DNA of 64,000 nucleotides from Candidatus Faecicola pullistercoris. GTDB taxonomy: Bacteria > Bacillota > Clostridia > Christensenellales > CAG-917. The notes beneath the pieces are model-generated. The model was not told where the DNA came from, ran no database searches, and saw only the letters and a list, made by a program, of their open reading frames with translations. The translations under genes and the position numbers were made by a program. The stretch spans positions 18,265 to 82,264 of the forward strand of contig DVNW01000003.1 of assembly GCA_018714105.1 (NCBI GenBank), given 5' to 3'. Of the stretch, positions 1 to 9,059 are shown piece by piece. The number at the start of each line of letters is the position of its first letter. Position 1 is the first letter of the stretch.

Positions 1-2
1 AA

Positions 3-185
3 CAGACGGGAGAAACGCCCGTACTACTTCTCGACGACGTGCTCAGCGAGCTTGACGAAGCCAGATGCCGTAAGCTCATCGAAAAAACGCAAGGCGTGCA
101 GACCCTGCTGACATGCACAGAATACACCGTTAAAAACCCTATTCCGAAAAAGACGTTCCGTATCGAAAACGGAAGCGTAAAATAA
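3..185 (+). CDS. recF: DNA replication/repair protein RecF, 3' end only (gene starts before the window)
   Basis: Hand translation of frame 3 gives QTGETPVLLLDDVLSELDEARCRKL...QTLLTCT...FRIENGSVK*. PVLLLDDVLSELD is the RecF Walker B region. Not in the ORF track. Confidence 0.9.
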   Translation, partial: QTGETPVLLLDDVLSELDEARCRKLIEKTQGVQTLLTCTEYTVKNPIPKKTFRIENGSVK

Positions 186-216
186 AAGAAAGCGGCACCG
201 CCGCTTTCTTATTTTT
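186..216. terminator. Bidirectional intrinsic terminator between recF and parB
   Basis: AAGAAAGCGG-caccg-CCGCTTTCTT perfect 10-bp stem with A-run before and T-run after, between convergent genes. Confidence 0.75.
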
Positions 217-259
217 AACAAAAAGCAAAGATTAACGATAAAATTTTACCTGTCAGCTA

Positions 260-1162
260 TTATTTTGCGCCGATATTGGCTTTAAGAAACTCGACAAGCT
301 CATAAATGCGCTGTAAGTCGTCCGCCGAAAAATAGTCAATCATTATACGGCCCTTTTCGTCGTTACCTTTAATTTTAACGCGTGTGCCGAATACCCTTTT
401 GAGTTCGCCTACGAAGGATTTTAGCTCTCTGCTCTGAACCTCTTTTTCGCGCGGGCCCATGCCCATTTTTTTGCGGTTGAAATAGAGTTTTACTTCCATT
501 TCGAGATCGCGTACGCTCTTTTTGTTGTCGCATGCGCGGTTGGCAAAGTCTATCTGAAGTTCGCGCTCGGTTACAGGCAGCAAGGCTCTCGCGTGGCCTG
601 CCGACAGCCTGCCCGATCTTACCAGTTCGATGACTTCGGGCTGAAGCTGTAAAAGCCTTAACAGGTTTGTAATGGTAGGACGGCTTTTACCTATTTTGGA
701 GGCGACTTCTTCCTGAGTCATTCCGTACGACTTTATCAGCTCCTGCAAGCCGACCGCCGCTTCTATGGGGTTGAGGTCTTCCCTTTGAAGGTTTTCTATA
801 AGCGCAACTTCCATTACCTGTTGCGTGGAAAGCTCTTTTACTATCGCGGGGACCTGATGCAGGCCCGCCAGAATGGCCGCTCTGAAACGTCTTTCGCCCG
901 CTATAATCATATATCTTCCTTCGTTTTTGAGAAGGATTAACGGTTGAAGAACGCCGTACGTCTTTACCGACTCGGCAAGCTCTTTCAGGGCCAGATCGTC
1001 AAACTGCTTTCGCGGCTGATTCGGATTGTTGTCGATAAGCGAAACGGGTATTTCGGTAACCCCGGAATTTTGTTTTTTCTGTTCTTCCTTTAAAATTTCC
1101 TCTTCGTTGAAGTTGCTCAGCAGGGCGTCGAGGCCTCTGCCTAAACCTTTGCCTATTGCCAT
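260..1162 (-). CDS. parB: ParB/Spo0J chromosome partitioning protein
   Basis: N-terminal KGLGRGLDALL peptide, NPNQPRK, IIAGERRFRA box II, LIENLQREDLNPIE, HTH with SRPTITN, LSAGHARAL. Confidence 0.95.
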   Translation of the reverse strand: MAIGKGLGRGLDALLSNFNEEEILKEEQKKQNSGVTEIPVSLIDNNPNQPRKQFDDLALKELAESVKTYGVLQPLILLKNEGRYMIIAGERRFRAAILAGLHQVPAIVKELSTQQVMEVALIENLQREDLNPIEAAVGLQELIKSYGMTQEEVASKIGKSRPTITNLLRLLQLQPEVIELVRSGRLSAGHARALLPVTERELQIDFANRACDNKKSVRDLEMEVKLYFNRKKMGMGPREKEVQSRELKSFVGELKRVFGTRVKIKGNDEKGRIMIDYFSADDLQRIYELVEFLKANIGAK

Positions 1163-1203
1163 AACGGTTCTCCTTAAAGTAATATTGCCTTACGGCTGCC
1201 GCA

Positions 1204-1899
1204 TTAAAGCGGATTTTTACGTTCTTTGCCGCCGCCGCGCGGGTATTTCAAGGGCGTGGGAGCGGTTTTTTCTATTATAACAAGCGTTCTTCCGTCTCCC
1301 GAAAACGGAAGATTCAGTTTTACCGACTGCGCTATTCTGCCTTTCAGCAGTTCCAGCGCACGGGCAGCATATTGTTCTTCGTCGCAGTCGCCGCCCTTGT
1401 AGGCGATAAATATTCCGCCCGGCTTTACCAGGGGTAAGGCGTATTCCGCAAGAGTATTCAGTCGGGCTACCGCCCTTGCCGTAACCACGTCGAAACTCTC
1501 GCGCAAAGGCCCTTTCGCCGCATCTTCGGCGCGGATATGCAGGGCCGACGCGTTTTTAAGCCCCAGAGCATCTATCTGCCCTTGCAGAAATGAAACTCTT
1601 TTCCCGAGAGCGTCCATCATCGTTACGGACACGTCCTGTCTTACCAGTTTAAGTGGTATCGCGGGAAAACCCGCTCCGCTGCCTATATCCGCAAGAGAAG
1701 CGTTTTCGGGTATGTATTGCGCGGCCGTAAGACTGTCGAGAAAGTGCTTGATTATAAATTCCGTTCTGTCCGTGATCGCGGTAAGGTTTACCGAACGGTT
1801 ATAGTCGATTACGGCTTCGTAATACCGTTCGAACTTAAGTGCGGTTTCGGCGCTTAAATCTATGTTAAGAGCTTTGCAGCCCCGTGTCAGCAATTCCAT
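1204..1899 (-). CDS. rsmG: 16S rRNA m7G527 methyltransferase RsmG (GidB)
   Basis: NLTAI, HFLDS, DIGSGAGFP, RAE, TARAVA, YPR motifs. Confidence 0.95.
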   Translation of the reverse strand: MELLTRGCKALNIDLSAETALKFERYYEAVIDYNRSVNLTAITDRTEFIIKHFLDSLTAAQYIPENASLADIGSGAGFPAIPLKLVRQDVSVTMMDALGKRVSFLQGQIDALGLKNASALHIRAEDAAKGPLRESFDVVTARAVARLNTLAEYALPLVKPGGIFIAYKGGDCDEEQYAARALELLKGRIAQSVKLNLPFSGDGRTLVIIEKTAPTPLKYPRGGGKERKNPL

Positions 1900-1900
1900 A

Positions 1901-3430
1901 TTAAATATCGGTATCGAACATCTCTATGCCGCGCTTTACTCCTACCTTTCCCGTGCGGTTCTTTTCCTTGATAAGAAGGGCCGCAACAAGAGCAAGAATA
2001 AGGTTGACTGCGCAGTACGGTACCAGCATTCTGAAATCGCCGAACATGGTTTCGCCCTGTGCCGTTACGTATTCTACGTTCCAGAGTTTGCCGAAAATTT
2101 CCACTATCGCGCTTGACAGAATGGGGGTTATTACCATTGCAACCGTCATCGACGAGGCAAAAATACCCGTGCCGCTGCCTACCGTGTTTTGGTCGGAGTA
2201 TTCCAAAAACAGAGGATATATGTTTACCATTACGAAACCGTATCCGAAACCCGCTACCGCAAAGCACATATAAGTAACCGTAAGATAAAGCGCTTCGGGC
2301 ATTCCCGACATGATTACGGTAAGAGAATTTAAAGAAACTACGGCAAACGCCGCGGACATTACTATAAACCCTGCTATTATGGATTTTTTGCGTCCGAACG
2401 CGGTTGCGAATTTCGTCGCCGGAACGAAGCCCAGCACCGCGCCCGCCATGGTTACTATCATAGGAACGGTTATCGCCTCGACTTTAAGCACGAAAGTAGC
2501 GTAATTGTTAAGATTGCTTACCAAAGCGTTGTACGCCATGTAGAAGAAGAATACGGCAAGAAGAATAAATATCTTGTCTTTCAGAACGGACGACTTCTTT
2601 GTTTTCGTAGCGGGAGTGATTACGGCTTCGTCCGCGTTTCCGTCCGCAACCGCATCCTGAGAAATCGCGGGCGCCTCGTCAACCGCAGTATCGGCTGCAA
2701 CCTCGGAAGTTTCCGCCCCTTCGCATAATTCTTCGGAGAGCGCGCTGTCAGATGCCTCGGGCAAAGACTGATCGGCAGGTTTGGTCGAACTATTTTCAAA
2801 CTCCTCCGTTTCGCGGCGGAAGTCTTCAATATATTTGTTCTCGTTAACCTTTTTAAGGAATATCGCCATCGTAATCAGCGACGACACTATTATGCCTATA
2901 ACCACGGGATAATAATTGTTTTCCGCGATATTGCTTTTGGTCAGGAACGGCGAAACAAGAGCTATCGCTACAACGTTGAAAAGCGCGCTTACTATATTGG
3001 ATATCGCATTGGCTTTACTGCGTAAAGGTTCGGGCGTGATATCGGGTACCAGCGAAAGCGCGGGAGAACGGTATGCCGCCATAGCAATCAAACTTATACA
3101 TAATGAAATTATGTATAAAGGTAAATTTTGTTTGTTCGCGAACACCGCGACTAACAGAAATGCCGCCAGTGAGACGCAAGTTCCCGCCACTATGTAAGGC
3201 ATGCGTCTGCCGTATTTTGTGTGCGTCTTGTCCGACAGGTAGCCGAACAGCGGAAGAAGAAATAACCCCAGAATATTGTCTATCGCCAGAATAAAACCCG
3301 AAACGGTAGGTTTTAAAGAAAACGTCTGAATGTTTATTGTTTGAATCAATTGGTCGTAACCAAACCAGAAAATCGTGATCCAGCCAAACGCAAGCGAAGC
3401 ATATATTACGTGTTTCGTGTTCAGTTTCAT
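1901..3430 (-). CDS. MFS transporter (glycoside/sugar:cation symporter-like) with long acidic central loop
   Basis: About 12 hydrophobic segments; GYLSDKTHTKYGRRMPYI motif A variant; PDITPEPLRSKANA. Confidence 0.8.
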   Translation of the reverse strand: MKLNTKHVIYASLAFGWITIFWFGYDQLIQTINIQTFSLKPTVSGFILAIDNILGLFLLPLFGYLSDKTHTKYGRRMPYIVAGTCVSLAAFLLVAVFANKQNLPLYIISLCISLIAMAAYRSPALSLVPDITPEPLRSKANAISNIVSALFNVVAIALVSPFLTKSNIAENNYYPVVIGIIVSSLITMAIFLKKVNENKYIEDFRRETEEFENSSTKPADQSLPEASDSALSEELCEGAETSEVAADTAVDEAPAISQDAVADGNADEAVITPATKTKKSSVLKDKIFILLAVFFFYMAYNALVSNLNNYATFVLKVEAITVPMIVTMAGAVLGFVPATKFATAFGRKKSIIAGFIVMSAAFAVVSLNSLTVIMSGMPEALYLTVTYMCFAVAGFGYGFVMVNIYPLFLEYSDQNTVGSGTGIFASSMTVAMVITPILSSAIVEIFGKLWNVEYVTAQGETMFGDFRMLVPYCAVNLILALVAALLIKEKNRTGKVGVKRGIEMFDTDI

Positions 3431-3581
3431 TTAACCTAAAGTCCTTTTAAACAATATATACTCAATATATTATAAATTATAGCAAAACAATTATAAAAAA
3501 ACAATAGATTTTGTTAAATTATGTGGAAAACGCTTTTAAAGTGTGGTATAATCAGTTCATAACGCAAAGGAAAACATCAGT

Positions 3582-4262
3582 ATGAAAACAACGGCAATAC
3601 TTGTAGCAATGAGCGAAGAGCTCCGCCCTTTTGCCAAAAGCCTGGGGAAAGGAAGGCAGGCGGGCGAATTCTGCGGTAAAGAAATAACCGTATACGACAC
3701 GGCAGACGGCCGGATATATCTGATAAACACGGGCGTGGGCGAAATAGCCGCAGCCGCGGCAACGCAGGCCGCCGTCGAGCGCTGGAATCCCGACCTTATA
3801 ATCAATTTCGGGCTGGTAGGCTCGCTTAGCGGCGCAATCAGGGCCGGAGACGTGGTGGTAGCGGATAAAATCGTGCATTACGATTACGATATTTCCGCCC
3901 TTGAAAACGTGTGCGTCGGGAAATATACCGAGCTTGCCGACGTGTATATACCCTGTTCTCCCATAAAAGACCGCATAGCCCGAAAGTTCGGACTCCCGTT
4001 GGTTACCGTAGCTTCGGGCGATAAGTTTATCGCCGACGCGCAGGCTAAAAAACAGCTGGTACAATCTTTCGGCGCTCAAATATGCGAGATGGAAAGCGCG
4101 GCAATCGCCCTGACCGCCTATCGGAACGGCAAACAATGCCTGTTTCTCAAAATCGTGTCGGATAACGCCGACGAGAACAGTCCCGCAGATTTTGTCAAAG
4201 CCTGCGAAAAGGGCACGGAAAAATTGTCGGAAATCATGGTAAAATTGATAAAGGAGCTTTAA
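3582..4262 (+). CDS. mtnN: 5'-methylthioadenosine/S-adenosylhomocysteine nucleosidase
   Basis: AMSEE, GVGEIAAA, SGDKFI, CEMESAAIA, IVSDNAD motifs; directly upstream of luxS. Confidence 0.9.
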   Translation: MKTTAILVAMSEELRPFAKSLGKGRQAGEFCGKEITVYDTADGRIYLINTGVGEIAAAAATQAAVERWNPDLIINFGLVGSLSGAIRAGDVVVADKIVHYDYDISALENVCVGKYTELADVYIPCSPIKDRIARKFGLPLVTVASGDKFIADAQAKKQLVQSFGAQICEMESAAIALTAYRNGKQCLFLKIVSDNADENSPADFVKACEKGTEKLSEIMVKLIKEL

Positions 4263-4263
4263 A

Positions 4264-4695
4264 ATGGAAAAAATCAAATCTTTTACGATAGATCATCGCA
4301 CGCATAAACCGGGACTGTATCTTTCGGGAGCGGCAAGAGGCATAAGCACTTTTGACCTAAGATTCAAGTTTCCCAATAAAGGAGAGTATCTCGATATCGC
4401 CGCCATGCACACGATCGAACACCTTTTTGCCACGGTCATACGCAACAGCGAGGTAAAAGACGACGTGGTATATTTCGGGCCGATGGGGTGCAGAACGGGA
4501 TTTTACCTTCTTATGCACGATACCGACAGGGAAAAAGCGCTTCCCTTAATAATAAAAGCCTTCGAAGATTGTCTTTTGCTAACCGAAATACCGGGAAACA
4601 AAGAGGAAGAATGCGGAAATTACAAAGAGCATGACCTACAAAAAGCAAAGGAAGAAATCAAAAAGTATCTCCTGATATTAAAAGAAGGCCGCTGA
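4264..4695 (+). CDS. luxS: S-ribosylhomocysteine lyase (AI-2 synthase)
   Basis: SFTIDH, HTIEH, GPMGCRTGFY, CGNY motifs. Confidence 0.95.
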   Translation: MEKIKSFTIDHRTHKPGLYLSGAARGISTFDLRFKFPNKGEYLDIAAMHTIEHLFATVIRNSEVKDDVVYFGPMGCRTGFYLLMHDTDREKALPLIIKAFEDCLLLTEIPGNKEEECGNYKEHDLQKAKEEIKKYLLILKEGR

Positions 4696-4718
4696 GGCCT
4701 TTTTTAACGAGCAAAATA

Positions 4719-6074
4719 CTAAATCAGAGGAAGAGAGATATTGCTGTCGTCCAGACCGTTTCCGAAAAACATCTCCTCCACAACGGGCGCAAACGGGCCC
4801 TTTTTTATTATTTTCAGCCAAAAATCAATCTTTTTAACGTAACCGGTTATTATATTTGCGCGGATGTCTCCTTCAAAAGACGGGTTGCCCGCATAAACGG
4901 TTTCCGCCAGCTTTAACAAAAACGGAAAAACTTTTTGGTCTTTTAACAAAAGCGCTTCCTTTTTATCTATTCCGCTTTTCTTTTTACACTTTTTCCACAG
5001 CTTATAAAAATCCAGTCCGTTTAGTTTTTTCCCAAAATATCTTATCGGAAGCCAGAATTTATCCACCTTGTCTCCCGTAATGCTTATGGCGTTCAGACCT
5101 TCTTTTACAAGCGCCTTGTCTCCTGCGGCCGCGCCTTTTACAGTGTCCTCTATAAAGCCGAAAAAACCTTGACGGGTATATTCGTATAACGAAATCGCCT
5201 GGTCGTAACCTTTCCATTCCGGCACGGTCAACGTTGTCACATCTATCCTGTCGCCGAAAACCTCGACTTTTCTGTAAAAAGGCGGGAATCCGCTCAGTGC
5301 GGCCGTGCTGACGTCATAAAATTCTCCCTTTTCCAACGGTTGCGAACTTACGTTATGTACGTGCGAATGTCCCGTAAATATAACTCTGCCGCCGTATGAG
5401 GCCAATTCTGTATAAAGCTCGTTATACGGGTCAAGCATATTCTTCGTAGTGATTTTATCGTATATCGGCGACGACGGGAAAAGAGGATAATGGGCAAAAA
5501 ACAAAGGGATATCGCCGCGCTTTTTGCATTCTTCACCCTGCTTTTTAAGCCATGAGCGCGCCGAAGGACAAAGGCCGCAAACGGTATAAGATCCGAAATC
5601 GTCTCCGTTAAGGAAAAACAACGTAAGCCCTGCTACGGGCCTGACGGCATAGGACATCGACTCCTCATCGAACGACATGGCGTCGCACGGGCCGAATTCG
5701 TAATACATATCCCAAAGAGCGCGCCGCTCGACCTTGTCTACGTCATGAATTTTAGAGCCGTCTTCTTCGTAGCGGTAGGATTTTGCCCCGTTGAAATAAT
5801 CGTGAGACGCCGTAAAAGCGTAAACGGTTATACCCCTTTCTTTCAGCCCGCGAAGCAGCAATAAAAACTCTTCGTGGCTTTTGACCTCGCCGTTTTTTGT
5901 CAGATCTCCCGTCAAAATCAAAACGTCCCCGGCTTTCAGGCCGTCGGTTGCCGAAATAAACATTTCCCTCGAGTCCCACGCGCGCAACTGGTCGGGAATA
6001 AATACCTTTTTGCGGAAGTATTCTTTTGAGTAATAATGAATATCCGTTGCCAGATAAAAGGAAAAATTTGCCAT
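4719..6074 (-). CDS. Calcineurin-like metallophosphoesterase
   Basis: TDIH, TGDLT, ASHD (GNHD position), AHYP, GHSH motifs in the N-terminal ~270 aa. Confidence 0.75.
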   Translation of the reverse strand: MANFSFYLATDIHYYSKEYFRKKVFIPDQLRAWDSREMFISATDGLKAGDVLILTGDLTKNGEVKSHEEFLLLLRGLKERGITVYAFTASHDYFNGAKSYRYEEDGSKIHDVDKVERRALWDMYYEFGPCDAMSFDEESMSYAVRPVAGLTLFFLNGDDFGSYTVCGLCPSARSWLKKQGEECKKRGDIPLFFAHYPLFPSSPIYDKITTKNMLDPYNELYTELASYGGRVIFTGHSHVHNVSSQPLEKGEFYDVSTAALSGFPPFYRKVEVFGDRIDVTTLTVPEWKGYDQAISLYEYTRQGFFGFIEDTVKGAAAGDKALVKEGLNAISITGDKVDKFWLPIRYFGKKLNGLDFYKLWKKCKKKSGIDKKEALLLKDQKVFPFLLKLAETVYAGNPSFEGDIRANIITGYVKKIDFWLKIIKKGPFAPVVEEMFFGNGLDDSNISLPLI

Positions 6075-6204
6075 AAATCCCCCAAAGCATTATATAAACA
6101 ATTATACATAGGACAGCGGAAAAAATCAACACAAATCAAAAAATACAAATGTTATGCCTTAAAAACCGCGGAAAATAAGCAAAATACAGAACCAAAAACC
6201 AAAA

Positions 6205-6220
6205 TGTTCCACGGGAAACA
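6205..6220. promoter_or_regulatory. parS site (near consensus)
   Basis: TGTTCCACGGGAAACA, one mismatch to TGTTNCACGTGAAACA. Confidence 0.65.
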
Positions 6221-6942
6221 TTGTTTAAAAATTTTCGTAAATATTGACGAAATAACGGGAAAAGCAGATCGCAACATGACTGAAAATGCGGAAAAAAGGA
6301 ATAATCGGAGCAAAAAACCGAAGGAAATACGTGCGGCAGATCGTCAGGAGCAATAAAAAGGCGCGTGCTTATCGGATTACCGTTTTTGCCCGCGCGGCAA
6401 GGCCGTTTTTCCGAAACATATGCCAAAACCTGTCCTGAAAGCGGTTTTTACGGCCGCGCAAGCGGGCCATATCGGGGAAAAGCCCTTTTCCATAAGAAAC
6501 CGCTTGCATGCTTTTTCCGGCAATATGCGCCTTTAAAAGGGCCGCAATAAAGCAATTACATACGACTCAGACCGGGTTTGGTCGGTAAAATTCCGTTAAA
6601 ATCATGTCGGAAAACAGACGGATATGCGATTAATAGAAAGCTGCAACTGCAATCCGCAATATCACGTCGCGGAATCGCGCGACCGGGAATGCCGCCGTAA
6701 AAGCCGCGGCGGGAAAACTCGAATTACTTCGGCAATCGGAAAAAACAATCGCTGTTCCGCGAATGCGGGCGGTAGGCACTGCGAGACGAATAGCGGGAAA
6801 AACGGCCACCAAACCGCAAAAAAAAACCGCTAAATGCATCATTATAAAGTTATATTCACGCGAGAAATCGAAACAGTGCGGTTTTATGCAAAAACAAGCC
6901 AAATAAGCATAAATATGCACAAATTGTAAATAAATATTCGCA

Positions 6943-7095
6943 TTACGACAGGTATCCGGTTTTAGACGAGCAGTTCGGGCAGAGCGCTTCACCGCCGACG
7001 CAGCTCGGGCAAATCAGGGCGCCGCACGTTGGGCAAATACCGGCGTCCCCGTCTTTAATGGGCTTTCCGCATACGGAACATCTTATTTCGGCCAT
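6943..7095 (-). CDS. 50-aa cysteine-rich protein with four CxxC pairs (double zinc-ribbon-like)
   Basis: Hand translation MAEIRCSVCGKPIKDGDAGICPTCGALICPSCVGGEALCPNCSSKTGYLS*; GGAGG RBS 6 nt before ATG; GC-rich island in an AT-rich tract; too short for the ORF track. Confidence 0.8.
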   Translation of the reverse strand: MAEIRCSVCGKPIKDGDAGICPTCGALICPSCVGGEALCPNCSSKTGYLS

Positions 7096-7263
7096 AGTAA
7101 ACCTCCGATAATATTATTGCCGATAAACGAAAAAATAGACAAACAATCAAAAAATTACCAAAATCCCATAGAAGCCGCCGGTTTTTTATTGAAAAATTAT
7201 ATTAAAACTTGTAAAAACGCCGGTTTTCCGTAATGTAAAACAAAACCGGAAACGCGGCAAAAA

Positions 7264-7272
7264 TTATCCACA
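7264..7272 (+). promoter_or_regulatory. DnaA box (perfect)
   Basis: TTATCCACA. Confidence 0.7.
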
Positions 7273-7418
7273 AAAATCATGGTCGAAATTTAGGTGGTGA
7301 AAGAACGCGATTTTATAAAATCGGCCGTGAAACATTTAAATAAAACCAATAAAAAAGCGAAAAAAACATAGGAAAACAGCCTAAAATTCGAAAAATAAAC
7401 GTAAAAACAGGCCGATAT

Positions 7419-7434
7419 GGTTTCCTGTGAAACA
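7419..7434. promoter_or_regulatory. Degenerate parS-like site
   Basis: GGTTTCCTGTGAAACA, 3 mismatches to TGTTTCACGTGAAACA, within the parS cluster. Confidence 0.4.
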
Positions 7435-7435
7435 A

Positions 7436-7444
7436 TGTGGATAA
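7436..7444 (-). promoter_or_regulatory. DnaA box (perfect)
   Basis: TGTGGATAA = reverse complement of TTATCCACA. Confidence 0.7.
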
Positions 7445-7450
7445 CTCAAA

Positions 7451-7466
7451 AGTTTCACGTGAAACC
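7451..7466. promoter_or_regulatory. parS site
   Basis: aGTTTCACGTGAAACc, perfect 14-bp palindromic core. Confidence 0.85.
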
Positions 7467-7485
7467 TACAAACCATACTTTCTAT

Positions 7486-7501
7486 TGTTTCACGTGAAAC
7501 A
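7486..7501. promoter_or_regulatory. parS site (perfect consensus)
   Basis: TGTTTCACGTGAAACA. Confidence 0.92.
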
Positions 7502-7521
7502 ATCGTCGCCGTGGAAGTAAT

Positions 7522-7530
7522 TGTGGACAA
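7522..7530 (-). promoter_or_regulatory. DnaA box (one mismatch)
   Basis: TGTGGACAA = reverse complement of TTGTCCACA. Confidence 0.5.
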
Positions 7531-9059
7531 CTGAAACCGAGGAATTTTATGCTAAAATACGACAATAATTTTGAGTAAAAGCAGGATTCGGCTGCTATGA
7601 CTTTAATCTTAACCTGATAAAACAAAGTTAAGCCCTGTCGGATTATCGGAAAATGCGTTTTGCGTGGACAAAAGCTTTTGTTGCTTTGATTTATCGCGCT
7701 TGATTCGTACGGATTGCTTTTTGTGCGATCTTCTCACAAGACGGTCGATAATATATGTATCGGGCAATGTGCGACGGATTTTTAAGAAAGAGTTTTTACG
7801 AATTTGTGTTTATAGCGGCGCGGCAGGCAGACGCGTTTTGCGCATCAGTTTATTTATTGCGTGTGGCGGGTTTTGTGCGTGTTCGGGGCAAAACAAACCG
7901 ATTACTGTTTAAACTGCGAAAATTTCTGCGGAAAGCGCGGGTGCGGTAGCGTTTCGGTTTCCTGTCCCTGGCAAGGGCATTTGTAATGCTGGCTGTGCGG
8001 TATGCTTAAAGTCGCAATTAATTTCTTTTGATATCAAATTTGAATTCAAATAACAGAGGGGCGGTTAATGCACCGTGCCGTAACGGTGTGCTGCCTGCGG
8101 TTTAATGTTTTGGTATGACTTGCGGCATTGTCGGTAAAGTAAGGCATTGATAATCGCAAACGAACTTAAGGTTTGTTCGGATGCGGCGAGCAATGCCTGA
8201 AAGCGCAGTGTAACGGGATAAAGGCCGCGCAGACAATGTTCCCTGCACAAAATAGCGATAAACACATATCGACCGACCGTATGATCCTTTCGTGTGCGAG
8301 CGGCAAGAATGATTGTGAACCGAATATATAAACTAAGTAAAAAACGTGCGCAAACAGCAAAACGGAAAGCGCAATTCACGCCTGCGGCAGACTCAGACGT
8401 TGTAGCCGCATGCGTAAACAGGGTAAATAACCGTTTTCGGCAGCGTGAAAAGAAATATTGTAAAGCTGATATAATAACGGCGGCGCAAAAACGGGGTGCG
8501 TAATGGCGACTCGGAAAAGCCTGTCCGTAAAATCGCGAAATAAGTTTTTAAATTATAAAACGGCGTGAATCAGCATACTCGGAGAAGCGTATGCTTGAGG
8601 CTTTGCTCATAAACGATAATCAACGCCGCGAAAGTGGCGCTCACGCGCGGGCAGAGACAACCGGTATCCGACTGCGGATTTGAAATGGGAGCGAGGCGTG
8701 ATATCGAAGGCTGCCGGACGGGGCCGAAAACGTACTCGCGGAGGCTTGGGCGGCGAAAAGGCTGACGGCGGGCGACCAAAGTATATAGCGTCCGTTGCGT
8801 TATTGGCGCAGGCGGAAGATTGTCGCAAACAGGCGGGCGAAAAAATCGGGATAATTAAAACAGAAGCTTTTGACGGTTGGCTATTCCTGCGGGCGGAAGA
8901 TTTGCCGTGAGCGCGACGGACGGATTTCTGCCCGATTGCGGAAAGGCTGTCGTTGTGCGTTTGCAAAAATAACGGCGGAAACGAGGCAGAGCGGCGATGC
9001 GAATAAAGTCGAAGAAGACTTGCGACCGAGCGTAATAATGTCGAAAAACAGGTTTAAGG

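Noticed and set aside
3582-4695. pfs-luxS pair as a novel signalling system
   Set aside because: Well-known SAH detoxification/AI-2 pathway; the adjacency is common
7501-7521. Possible DnaA-trio run next to the 7522 DnaA box (minus strand TTA CTT CCA CGG CGA CGA)
   Set aside because: Only the first trinucleotides resemble the B. subtilis trio array; too weak to call
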